Under the pieces are notes generated by a model, which searched no databases, was not told the DNA's origin, and was given only the letters and a program-made list of their open reading frames with translations. Below, in pieces: positions 43,098 to 50,779 of a DNA stretch of 64,000 nucleotides (within the stretch, counting starts at the first letter, position 1; each line of letters starts with the position of its first letter). Source of the stretch: Acutalibacteraceae bacterium (GTDB taxonomy: Bacteria; Bacillota; Clostridia; Oscillospirales; Acutalibacteraceae). The DNA is taken from positions 92,380-156,379 of the forward strand of contig JAZSGW010000013.1 of NCBI GenBank assembly GCA_045532935.1. Direction: 5' to 3'. A program made the translations under genes and the position numbers.

Positions 43098-43127
43098 ATT
43101 ATAGCATTTGTGAAATATACTTGTCAA
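43098..43127 (-). promoter_or_regulatory. Consensus sigma-A promoter of the decayed sugar operon
   Basis: On the minus strand: TTGACA (43127-43122), 18-nt spacer, TATAAT (43103-43098), then an AAGGAG SD (43091-43086). Confidence 0.7.
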
Positions 43128-43228
43128 TGAAAAGGCTTAATGCTAAACAAGCAAAAAATATATCTTTTTATATGCTGTAGTGCAATTTCTGAATTAATGT
43201 GTTATTATATAAAAAAGGGGGAAATAAT

Positions 43229-44206
43229 ATGGAAAAATTCAGATGGTGTTTCATAGGTACAGGTAGCCTCGCAAGACAAGTTGCAGGGCAGCTTAATAAA
43301 AGCGGACGGCACGAAATAGTGTCTTGCTTTACAAGAAAATATGAAAATGCAGTTGCGTTTGCTGAAAAGTGCGGTGGAAAAGCATATGAACATGCCGAAG
43401 ATGCAATAAATGCTGACGGTGTAGAGGGTGTATATATTGTTACACCTCATAATGCTCATTACAGATATGCAAAACTAGCTTTGGAAAACGGTAAGCCTGT
43501 ATTTTGTGAAAAAGCATTTACAGTAACAGCCGAAGAAACAGATTCTCTTATAGAGCTTGCACAAAAGAAAAACTTGTATCTCTGTGAAGCTATGTGGACC
43601 TGGTTTTCGCCGGCGGCAAACCGTACAAGAAAATGGCTTGAAGAAAATGCTATCGGAAAGGTTAGCGAAGCTCATTTTTCTTACCACATAAAAACAACAG
43701 GATACGAGGGCAGACATACCGATGCCAAAAGAGCCGGAGGGGCACTGCTTGATATAACTATTTATCCTGTAACATACGCTTATCGGCTATGGGGAATCCC
43801 CGAAAAAATCGAAAGTAAGGCTGTAATACAAAATGGAATAGATTTAAGCGATGAAATCGTGTTTACATATTCTGACGGATTAAAGGTTACTATTACTGCA
43901 TCAATAGATGACTATAAAGGCTTGGAATGTATGACTATTAAAGGTGATAAGGGTTTAATAAAAGCACCGTTTTTCCACGCGTTTAATATGGTTTGTTATA
44001 AAAAAAGCATTTTAAAACGTAAAATCTTTATAGGTAAAGGTCCTCTTATTAATTCTTATCTTGATGAGTTTGATGCGGTTGCTGAAGATATACGTTCGGG
44101 AAAAACGGAAAGTGAAATGGTGCCTTTGAAAGCTACGTCTGATGTTATGCACATTCTTGATACTGTAAGAAGTCAGATTGAACTTGTATATGATTCGTTA
44201 GAATAA
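43229..44206 (+). CDS. Gfo/Idh/MocA-family NAD(P)-dependent oxidoreductase
   Basis: Rossmann start FIGTGSLARQ and the EKAF motif. The start at 43229 (MEKFRW) has AAGGGGG upstream, and the ORF-track start is 10 codons earlier. Confidence 0.8.
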   Translation: MEKFRWCFIGTGSLARQVAGQLNKSGRHEIVSCFTRKYENAVAFAEKCGGKAYEHAEDAINADGVEGVYIVTPHNAHYRYAKLALENGKPVFCEKAFTVTAEETDSLIELAQKKNLYLCEAMWTWFSPAANRTRKWLEENAIGKVSEAHFSYHIKTTGYEGRHTDAKRAGGALLDITIYPVTYAYRLWGIPEKIESKAVIQNGIDLSDEIVFTYSDGLKVTITASIDDYKGLECMTIKGDKGLIKAPFFHAFNMVCYKKSILKRKIFIGKGPLINSYLDEFDAVAEDIRSGKTESEMVPLKATSDVMHILDTVRSQIELVYDSLE

Positions 44207-44224
44207 TTTTTTGTGAAGCAATTC

Positions 44225-44253
44225 TTGACATATTAGAAATATGGTGATATACT
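44225..44253 (+). promoter_or_regulatory. Sigma-A promoter of the glycine-riboswitch leader
   Basis: TTGACA, 17-nt spacer, TGaTATACT (extended -10). Confidence 0.7.
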
Positions 44254-44255
44254 TT

Positions 44256-44463
44256 CTATCGTTAACCCTATGAAGCTGTCGGAATCAAACAGAAACCGAT
44301 AGTGGAGGAGGCTCTGGAGAAGTCCATTAAGTTGGGTGCCCAAGGTGCAAGGTGAAACATTTCACTGAATCTCTCAGGCAAAAGGACAGAGCAGAAGATA
44401 TAACTGTATTTTCTAGCTTTTCTTTGTTTTCAGACCGCCTCTTTTCAGGGGCGGATTTTTTTG
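44256..44463 (+). promoter_or_regulatory. Glycine riboswitch (single aptamer plus 5' accessory stem-loop) with terminator expression platform
   Basis: The aptamer at 44312-44391 is CUCUGGAGAAG...GCCCAAGGUGCAAGG...AAUCUCUCAGGCAAAAGGACAGAG. It matches the glycine aptamer consensus (CUCUGGAGAG / GCCGAAGGAGCAA / CUCAGGCAAAAGGAC). An upstream stem-loop CUAUCG...CGAUAG lies at 44256-44305. A terminator CCGCCUC/GGGGCGG plus U7 lies at 44434-44463. Confidence 0.85.
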
Positions 44464-44480
44464 TTTTGGAGGAATTTTCA

Positions 44481-45875
44481 ATGGACGCTATTTTAAAAAT
44501 AGTACAAACAATCAATCTGTACCTTTCCGACTATATTCTTATTGCTTTGCTTATCGGAATAGGCTTATTTTACACTATCCGCACTCGTTTTGTGCAGGTT
44601 CGCTGCTTCAGGGAAGCTATGAAAAAAGCTTTTGCAGGGATTTCTCTTCGTGGCGGTAAACAAGAAGGCGGTCTCAGCTCCTTTCAGGCTCTCGCAACTG
44701 CTATTGCTGCTCAGGTTGGTACCGGTAATATAGTAGGTGCTTGCGGTGCAATTCTTATCGGTGGTCCCGGTGCAATATTCTGGATGTGGGTTATTGCTTT
44801 CTTCGGTATGGCTACAATCTATGCGGAAGCAGTACTTGCACAGGAGACGAGAATTGTAAATGAAGACGGTTCCGTTGACGGTGGCCCTGTTTATTATATA
44901 AGAAAGGCATTTAAAGGCGGTTTCGGTAAATTTCTTGCAGCATTCTTTGCGATTGCCTCAATTCTTGCATTAGGATTTATGGGTAGCATGGTTCAATCGA
45001 ACTCAATAGCAGAAACCTGCAGCAAAGCTTTTGGTGTTCCCGGTTGGGTTATCGGACTTGTTGTAGCCGCTGTTGCCGGATTTATATTTATCGGTGGAGC
45101 AACCAGAATTGCCTCTGTCACGGAAAAAATAGTACCTATTATGGCTTTCCTTTATATTGGTGGGGGCATCATACTTCTTGTGCTCAACATAAAGAATGTT
45201 CCTGAAGCTTTTTCTATGATATTCAAATATGCTTTTATGCCTCAAGCTCTGATTGGTGGTGGTGCAGGTGCAGCACTTAAGCAGGCAATCAGCCAGGGTG
45301 CAAAAAGAGGTCTTTTCTCCAATGAAGCAGGTATGGGTTCAACTCCTCACGCACACGCTCTTGCAAAGGTAGAAAAACCTCATGATCAAGGTGTTCTTGC
45401 AATGGCTGGTGTCTTTATCGATACATTTGTTGTGCTTACAATGACTGCTCTTGTTGTTATTTCAACTCTTTACACCAAAGGTGGTGTTCTCGAATCAGGT
45501 TCAGCCGAAGGTGTTACAAAAGCTAATATGGCACAGCTTGCGTTTGGCGGTATTTTCGGAGAGACCGGTGGTAATATTTTTGTTGCAATTTGTCTTCTTT
45601 TCTTCGCATTCTCAACAATTATCGGTTGGAATCTTTTTGGTAAGGTGAATATGGTTTATCTTTTCGGTAAAAAATCCGAGAAAATTTATGCCTTTATAGC
45701 TGTAGCGTTCACTTTCCTTGGATCTTGTCTTTCAAATGATCTTGTCTGGGAGCTTACCGATATGTTTAATCAGCTTATGGTAATTCCTAATGTGCTTGCT
45801 CTTGCGGTTCTTTCCGGAATAGTAGCAAAAAGCGCAAATAAGTCAATGAAAAACAAGTCAACCAAAACTAAATAA
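44481..45875 (+). CDS. agcS: Sodium:alanine (glycine) symporter family protein
   Basis: AGCS signatures GTGNIVG and FSNEAGMGSTPHAHA. The start at 44481 has a GGAGG SD, and the ORF-track start at 44352 runs through the riboswitch. Confidence 0.9.
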   Translation: MDAILKIVQTINLYLSDYILIALLIGIGLFYTIRTRFVQVRCFREAMKKAFAGISLRGGKQEGGLSSFQALATAIAAQVGTGNIVGACGAILIGGPGAIFWMWVIAFFGMATIYAEAVLAQETRIVNEDGSVDGGPVYYIRKAFKGGFGKFLAAFFAIASILALGFMGSMVQSNSIAETCSKAFGVPGWVIGLVVAAVAGFIFIGGATRIASVTEKIVPIMAFLYIGGGIILLVLNIKNVPEAFSMIFKYAFMPQALIGGGAGAALKQAISQGAKRGLFSNEAGMGSTPHAHALAKVEKPHDQGVLAMAGVFIDTFVVLTMTALVVISTLYTKGGVLESGSAEGVTKANMAQLAFGGIFGETGGNIFVAICLLFFAFSTIIGWNLFGKVNMVYLFGKKSEKIYAFIAVAFTFLGSCLSNDLVWELTDMFNQLMVIPNVLALAVLSGIVAKSANKSMKNKSTKTK

Positions 45876-45886
45876 CATATAAATTT

Positions 45887-45925
45887 AAAGCAGTTGCTTC
45901 AACCATCACGTGAAGTAACTGCTTT
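45887..45925. terminator. Bidirectional terminator
   Basis: 15-bp stem AAAGCAGTTGCTTCA/TGAAGTAACTGCTTT with one G.U pair. Confidence 0.7.
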
Positions 45926-45935
45926 ATAAATTATT

Positions 45936-46613
45936 TTAACCTTCGCCGCAAACTTTGCAAACTCTTCTTCCTTCGGGGATAGGGCCTGTTTTAACATTAC
46001 TTGAGCTTGCTATAGAACGACAATTTCTGTTGATATGATAAACTTCTCCGCTTTCTACATAATAAACTATAAGAGTATCCGTGTTTTGTACACTCGTTGT
46101 GACTTGGACTTTTGATGTTGTCAACGGTACAGTCGTATTTTCATACGGGAAGGTTACTGCAGAAGTGCTTTCGGAAGGTATAGATGTAAAAGCTGTAGTC
46201 GGTATGTTGTTTTCTTGCGCCGGTATAGAACTGCTTTTATATAGCTTCAGGACATCGTGGTAATAGTTGTTATAAAAATAGTTTACATTTATATCGCTGA
46301 AACCTTTGTAGCTGTCGAGTAAAGAAATTACTCTGTTGTAATCATTTATATTTGTTTGATCAAAGTTTTTTACTGTGTGAATAAGACTTTTGATTTTTTC
46401 GACATCTTTATAACGTGGAGACATTGAACCAAGATACTGCTCCGCACGATTGTAATTGTTTTCAGTAAAGCATATACCGATTTTACGGTATGAATATTCG
46501 TTATAACCGACATATGTTGTTATGGTTATGGTCACGATTAAAAGTAAAGACAGAAAATAAATTAGAAATTTTTCATTTTTTATAATTGCTTTAAGGTTGA
46601 ATTTCGGGTACAT
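45936..46613 (-). CDS. Membrane-anchored hypothetical protein with a C-terminal Cys motif
   Basis: 225 aa. N-terminal TM, a Thr/Ser-rich linker, and the C-terminus VYHINRNCRSI...RRVCKVCG (YHxxxxC...CxxC). Confidence 0.5.
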   Translation of the reverse strand: MYPKFNLKAIIKNEKFLIYFLSLLLIVTITITTYVGYNEYSYRKIGICFTENNYNRAEQYLGSMSPRYKDVEKIKSLIHTVKNFDQTNINDYNRVISLLDSYKGFSDINVNYFYNNYYHDVLKLYKSSSIPAQENNIPTTAFTSIPSESTSAVTFPYENTTVPLTTSKVQVTTSVQNTDTLIVYYVESGEVYHINRNCRSIASSSNVKTGPIPEGRRVCKVCGEG

Positions 46614-46756
46614 AACTTACTCCTTTTGACTGTTTAGATTAATTATACCATTATATTTCACACGATTCAACAGATTTTTTGTTTTTAACGTATATTTTAC
46701 TCGACGTATCAAATTATTGCTCGAAAAAAGTTTTTTAAAAATCTTTCGGAAAACTA

Positions 46757-46784
46757 TTGACATTTATTGTCTTTGTGTTATAAT
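46757..46784 (+). promoter_or_regulatory. Sigma-A promoter for tRNA-Pro
   Basis: TTGACA, 16-nt spacer, TGtTATAAT (extended -10), about 18 nt before the tRNA 5' end. Confidence 0.75.
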
Positions 46785-46802
46785 ATCAAAGTCGTCAGAA
46801 AT

Positions 46803-46879
46803 CCGGGTGTGGCGCAGCTTGGTAGCGCGCTTGACTGGGGGTCAAGAGGCCGCAGGTTCAAGTCCTGTCACTCGGACCA
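46803..46879 (+). tRNA. tRNA-Pro (anticodon GGG), CCA encoded
   Basis: I folded the cloverleaf by hand. Acceptor CCGGGTG/CACTCGG (one G.U), D arm GCGC-AGCTTGGTA-GCGC, anticodon arm CTTGA-CTGGGGG-TCAAG (U33, GGG, G37), T arm GCAGG-TTCAAGT-CCTGT, and 3' ACCA. Confidence 0.9.
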
Positions 46880-46886
46880 GTCGAAA

Positions 46887-46931
46887 ACCGTAACCTTAGA
46901 GAAATCAAGGGTTGCGGTCTTTTTATTTTTT
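46887..46931 (+). terminator. Intrinsic terminator after tRNA-Pro
   Basis: ACCGTAACCTT/AAGGGTTGCGGT (two G.U pairs) followed by CTTTTTATTTTTT. Confidence 0.75.
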
Positions 46932-46988
46932 AAATGCGTCATATTATCTCACTTTATCTTTTTCGACTGCATACGGAGGAGTTGCATT

Positions 46989-48296
46989 ATGACCACTGCT
47001 GACTGGGTAAAAAAATTTGGAAATAATTTTTTGATTACCCTAACGAATGAAGAGCGAAGATATTTAGGTCTCTCTGACCTGTCTCATGATTGGGATAGTT
47101 TAGTATTTTACAGCAAAACAAATCTGTGGTATACAAGAGTGACCGCTTTTTTTGAAGGTAACACTATTGTTAAAGTGATAAGTGAAACCAAGCGAGTTCT
47201 GGATAATGGTACTGCAAATTATGAAGGTTACGTAGAATACGATACAAAACTGGACACTAACGAGAGAAAACAACTACTCCCGCTTACCACCCGTGGAAAG
47301 CTTAAGCCTCTGTCCGTCTCCAACATCAATGCCGTTACACCTTTTGGTTGCAGATTTTCTATTGGCTACGAATCCGGAAAAGATACAAGCTTGCGGCTAA
47401 ACAATCCTCGCGTCAATAAAGAGTTCCCCATCGGTGAATGGGACGCAATAGCAGCAATCAAATCCGAACACGATTTCCATGCTTTTATGAACACCTACAT
47501 TTCCACCTGCCGGAACGATTATTTTGACAAGCTCCAAGTCTTCAAAGATGCTAAGAAGGTTACCGTTAAATATAAGCCCGGCGATATTTTTCGCATGGAA
47601 TTTGATCGGACACGTTACTGTTATGGAATCATCACCGGAATAATCGAAAAACTGAAAACTATGCCGGAGCTACCTGAAAAACACAGCTTGCGGCAGTTGA
47701 TGATGGTCCCCATTATGGTGCGCCCTTATCAGCTGATCACACACGATCCTGACCTAAAGTCAGATGAACTGTCCCATGTTCCTCTGGGGCGTGTGCAAAT
47801 CGTAGGTGATAACGACATCATCTGGGGGACGCACACAATCGTTGATCACAAGCCTCTCGTCCCTGATGATTTAGAGTTTAATTTTGTCTGCACCAAAATC
47901 GTATCCCACAATCAGCATAACACGCTGTTTACGCAAGATATGTTTATGCACGATGGTCTGATTCCACAGCAGGAGTACATGCTCTACATTGAGTGGGGCT
48001 TCACGCGGACAAGTCTGCGCTATGAGCAATTGTCGGACAAATTAAAAACTTTTTTAGCTGACTATAGTTCTCCTCATGGTGGAGTTTCTATGGCTATCGA
48101 TCCGCGCTCAGCTGTTCCTGACGAAAAATATCGTCAACATTATTCCTATCAGAAGAATCTTTTGAATCCCGAAAACCACGAGATACTGAGCGAAATATTT
48201 ACTTGTCTGGGTCTGAATGCAGATACCACATTCGATCAGTTCGCAGAGAAGTTTTGCGGCCTAACCCGTAAGAAGATCATTTCCTGTATGAAATAA
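46989..48296 (+). CDS. Hypothetical protein, compositionally atypical (possibly an immunity-protein-like fold)
   Basis: 435 aa starting at MTTADW with a GGAGGA SD. The ORF-track extension back to 46767 reads through the tRNA. I recognise no catalytic motif. KPGDIFRMEFDRTRYCYGII vaguely resembles polymorphic-toxin immunity families. Confidence 0.6.
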   Translation: MTTADWVKKFGNNFLITLTNEERRYLGLSDLSHDWDSLVFYSKTNLWYTRVTAFFEGNTIVKVISETKRVLDNGTANYEGYVEYDTKLDTNERKQLLPLTTRGKLKPLSVSNINAVTPFGCRFSIGYESGKDTSLRLNNPRVNKEFPIGEWDAIAAIKSEHDFHAFMNTYISTCRNDYFDKLQVFKDAKKVTVKYKPGDIFRMEFDRTRYCYGIITGIIEKLKTMPELPEKHSLRQLMMVPIMVRPYQLITHDPDLKSDELSHVPLGRVQIVGDNDIIWGTHTIVDHKPLVPDDLEFNFVCTKIVSHNQHNTLFTQDMFMHDGLIPQQEYMLYIEWGFTRTSLRYEQLSDKLKTFLADYSSPHGGVSMAIDPRSAVPDEKYRQHYSYQKNLLNPENHEILSEIFTCLGLNADTTFDQFAEKFCGLTRKKIISCMK

Positions 48297-48390
48297 TACA
48301 TACTTCCCGGTGAATCCTGTATTATTAAGGGTTGTTTTTTTGTGTTGAATGTGATATTATAATTTTATCAAACAGAAAGAAGGAATAAAT

Positions 48391-49191
48391 ATGAGTTTTT
48401 TAAAAGGTAAAACAGCTATAATCACCGGCGCAGGATTCGCTGCGCTTTCAGACGGTAGATGCGGTTCTATCGGTTATGGTATAGCGACTGCTTATGCAAA
48501 AGAGGGGGCTAACCTCGTAATAACCGGTCGAAACGTATCAAAACTTGAAAAAGCAAAGGAAGAGCTCGAAAAGCTTTACGGCATCAAGGTTCTTGCTCTT
48601 CAGGCTGACATCTCCGAAGGAGCTGACAACGAAGCAATCGCAAAGGGTGTTGCTGAAAAAGCTGTGGCAGAATTTGGCAGAATTGACGTTCTTATTAATA
48701 ATGCACAGGCTTCAGCTTCAGGCGTTACCATTCAGGATCATACAACAGAGCAGTTCAATCTTGCGATGTATTCAGGTCTTTATGCAACCTTCTATTATAT
48801 GAAAGCTTGTTATCCTTATCTTAAGGAAACACAGGGCAGTATCATCAACTTTGCTTCAGGTGCAGGTCTTTTCGGCAATTACGGTCAGTGCTCTTATGCT
48901 GCTGCAAAAGAGGCTATCCGCGGACTTTCAAGAGTTGCAGCAACCGAGTGGGCAAAAGACGGCATCAACACAAACGTTGTTTGTCCTCTTGCCTGGACAG
49001 CACAGCTTGAGCAGTTCCAGATGGCTTATCCCGATGCTTTCAAGGCAAACGTTAAGATGCCTCCTGCAGGTCATTACGGTGATTCAGAGCTTGAAATCGG
49101 TCGTGTATGCGTTCAGCTTGCTTCACCTGATTTCAAGTATATGAACGGTGAAACACTTACACTTGAAGGTGGTATGGGCCTTCGTCCGTAA
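48391..49191 (+). CDS. Short-chain dehydrogenase/reductase (SDR) family oxidoreductase
   Basis: 266 aa. The TGAG...G cofactor motif carries an insertion. NNAQ, and the catalytic S...YAAAK. Confidence 0.8.
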   Translation: MSFLKGKTAIITGAGFAALSDGRCGSIGYGIATAYAKEGANLVITGRNVSKLEKAKEELEKLYGIKVLALQADISEGADNEAIAKGVAEKAVAEFGRIDVLINNAQASASGVTIQDHTTEQFNLAMYSGLYATFYYMKACYPYLKETQGSIINFASGAGLFGNYGQCSYAAAKEAIRGLSRVAATEWAKDGINTNVVCPLAWTAQLEQFQMAYPDAFKANVKMPPAGHYGDSELEIGRVCVQLASPDFKYMNGETLTLEGGMGLRP

Positions 49192-49209
49192 AAGTCAATA
49201 TAAACTGTC

Positions 49210-49245
49210 TGAAAGGTTGTCAGTTACGGCAACCTTTCATTTTTC
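49210..49245 (+). terminator. Intrinsic terminator after the SDR gene, overlapping the 3' end of the convergent methyltransferase ORF
   Basis: 10-bp perfect stem TGAAAGGTTG/CAACCTTTCA followed by TTTTT. Confidence 0.75.
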
Positions 49246-50056
49246 TGAACACATCAAGCATATGAATAGACATACCTACACAATCCTCACGTTCGCAAAG
49301 AACGGAAAGAAATTTCATATACTCCTCAAATTCACGGTCACTTAAATCATTGAATTTGTCATCAAATATGTAAGACAGCATATCGACACCGACAAAGTGA
49401 AGTCTTGTAACATTGTGACTTTCCATAAGCCTATCAATATCAGCTTTACGGTACAGCTCAAATATTTCCTCGGGTGCAGAAACTGTATGATAATCTTCTT
49501 TGATAAGACCTTTTTCTAAATAATCAAGTACGATGTTTTTATAAAAAAACTTATAAATTGAGGTATCATTATTACAGTAAGAAGCGTAAATTACACCATC
49601 TGTTTTTGCTAATCTTATTGCTTCGTCAAGAGCCTTATGCTTATCTTCATCAGTAAAAAGATGATACATGGGACCTAACAGTAATACAATGTCATAAGTA
49701 TCACTTTCAAATTCAGACATATCGCAGGCATTGCCTTCATAAATCTTGATATTGTGATTGGGTTTGACTTTTTTCTCCATAATTTCAATGTTATGGGGAA
49801 CAAGCTCAACCGCAGTAACATCATAACCCATTTCAGCAAGTGCGAGGGAATATCTGCCCGTTCCTGCACCTATTTCAATTATTTTTGCACCGGGTGTGAG
49901 ATACTTTTCAACATATTTCATTGTTGTAAGATACTCCGGCATTCGGCTTTTACGCATCAGTCTGCCTTCTTCATCGTAGTTATTGTAAAAATCAATAACA
50001 CTGTTTCCTGTTGTTACAGGTTCGGATTTCTTTTTGAACAGTTCTGAAAGTTTCAT
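49220..50056 (-). CDS. Class I SAM-dependent methyltransferase
   Basis: 278 aa. Motif I IIEIGAGTGRYS, an acidic post-I residue (VELV), and the motif II region DIVLLLGP. The AGGAGG SD directly follows a terminator-like hairpin. Confidence 0.8.
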   Translation of the reverse strand: MKLSELFKKKSEPVTTGNSVIDFYNNYDEEGRLMRKSRMPEYLTTMKYVEKYLTPGAKIIEIGAGTGRYSLALAEMGYDVTAVELVPHNIEIMEKKVKPNHNIKIYEGNACDMSEFESDTYDIVLLLGPMYHLFTDEDKHKALDEAIRLAKTDGVIYASYCNNDTSIYKFFYKNIVLDYLEKGLIKEDYHTVSAPEEIFELYRKADIDRLMESHNVTRLHFVGVDMLSYIFDDKFNDLSDREFEEYMKFLSVLCEREDCVGMSIHMLDVFRKMKGCRN

Positions 50057-50067
50057 AAAAACTCCTC

Positions 50068-50116
50068 CTAAATAAAAAATTAACGGTGTAAGCTTATCTG
50101 AAAAGCCTACACCGTT
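50068..50116 (-). terminator. Strong hairpin plus U-tract between the glycosylase gene and the methyltransferase SD (attenuator 2 / operon terminator)
   Basis: In the minus-strand RNA: a 15-bp stem UAACGGUGUAGGCUU/AAGCUUACACCGUUA (one G.U), loop UUCAGAU, then A-UUUUUU-A-UUU running straight into AGGAGG. Confidence 0.75.
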
Positions 50117-50141
50117 ATAATCATATCGTTATAAAAATACA

Positions 50142-50243
50142 GTTACGTATCCGAAAATGAATATATAGGTATAGACCTGCAGCCATAATATGGTGCAAGC
50201 CAAAGCATATACATTTCTGTTTTGTTTGAAAGATATGCGTTCA
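50142..50243 (-). promoter_or_regulatory. Candidate leader ORF 2 (33 codons, TTG start; or 23 codons from the internal ATG at 50213)
   Basis: GAGAGG SD (50258-50253) 9 nt before the TTG. Peptide MNAYLSNKTEMYMLWLAPYYGCRSIPIYSFSDT. Its codons 15-18 contain GGCUUGCACC (50200-50191), which is complementary to the terminator 5' arm. Confidence 0.4.
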
Positions 50244-50286
50244 AATCAGTTTACCTCTCTACTGTACTTTTCGTAAATATATCACA

Positions 50287-50778
50287 TCATTGTTCTGTTG
50301 TCAAGTTTTTAATTAATCCCCACGCCACAACAAGCCTATCAACACTCCAACCCGCATTGGCAGGTGAGGTTGAGGGCAGACAAACAGCCTCTCTGCCGAT
50401 TTTGTCACGGATATACTTGTTGTAATACTTTTCGGCGGTTTTGCCGTTGACGAAAATCTGCCTGATGTCAGCGTTTTCAAGTATCTCTGTAAGGTCATTT
50501 GCGACCACATTTTTTATTGAACTGTCAGAGCTGCCCGTTATATCACAAGAGGCGATTACGTCCCACAATGCAATATGATTTGCGTGCAGAAAGTCACTTT
50601 TCTCCTCAATGGTTACAGGTGTATCAGCACCCATAACGGCAGAAACAACTTTCCAGAATCTGTTCTGTGGATGGCCGTAGAAAAACATCTGCTCACGGGA
50701 TTTCACCGACGGAAAACTACCAAGAATAAGTACTTTTGAGTTTTTGTCATATAGGGGCGGGATAGGGTGTTTAGGCAT
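50287..50778 (-). CDS. UDG-superfamily DNA-deoxyinosine (hypoxanthine) glycosylase-like protein
   Basis: 163 aa. LILGSFPSVKSREQMFFYGHPQNRFW and LPSTSPAN match the family-6 HDG-type pattern as I remember it. Confidence 0.7.
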   Translation of the reverse strand: MPKHPIPPLYDKNSKVLILGSFPSVKSREQMFFYGHPQNRFWKVVSAVMGADTPVTIEEKSDFLHANHIALWDVIASCDITGSSDSSIKNVVANDLTEILENADIRQIFVNGKTAEKYYNKYIRDKIGREAVCLPSTSPANAGWSVDRLVVAWGLIKNLTTEQ

Positions 50779-50779
50779 A

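Noticed and set aside
44352-44480. A 43-codon N-terminal extension of the agcS ORF.
   Set aside because: It covers the glycine riboswitch aptamer and its terminator. The GGAGG SD and the typical AgcS N-terminus start at 44481.
46767-46988. The ORF-track protein 46767-48296 begins 74 codons upstream of my call.
   Set aside because: Those codons read straight through the tRNA-Pro gene (46803-46879) and its terminator. A GGAGGA SD precedes the ATG at 46989, so the extension is an artefact.
46907-48334. AAGGGTTG followed by a T-run occurs both in the tRNA-Pro terminator (46907-46914) and right after the orphan gene (48327-48334). I considered these as possible att-like direct repeats.
   Set aside because: The identity is only 8 nt, the first copy is simply the 3' arm of an intact terminator, and there is no integrase. 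This is too weak to call an integration scar.
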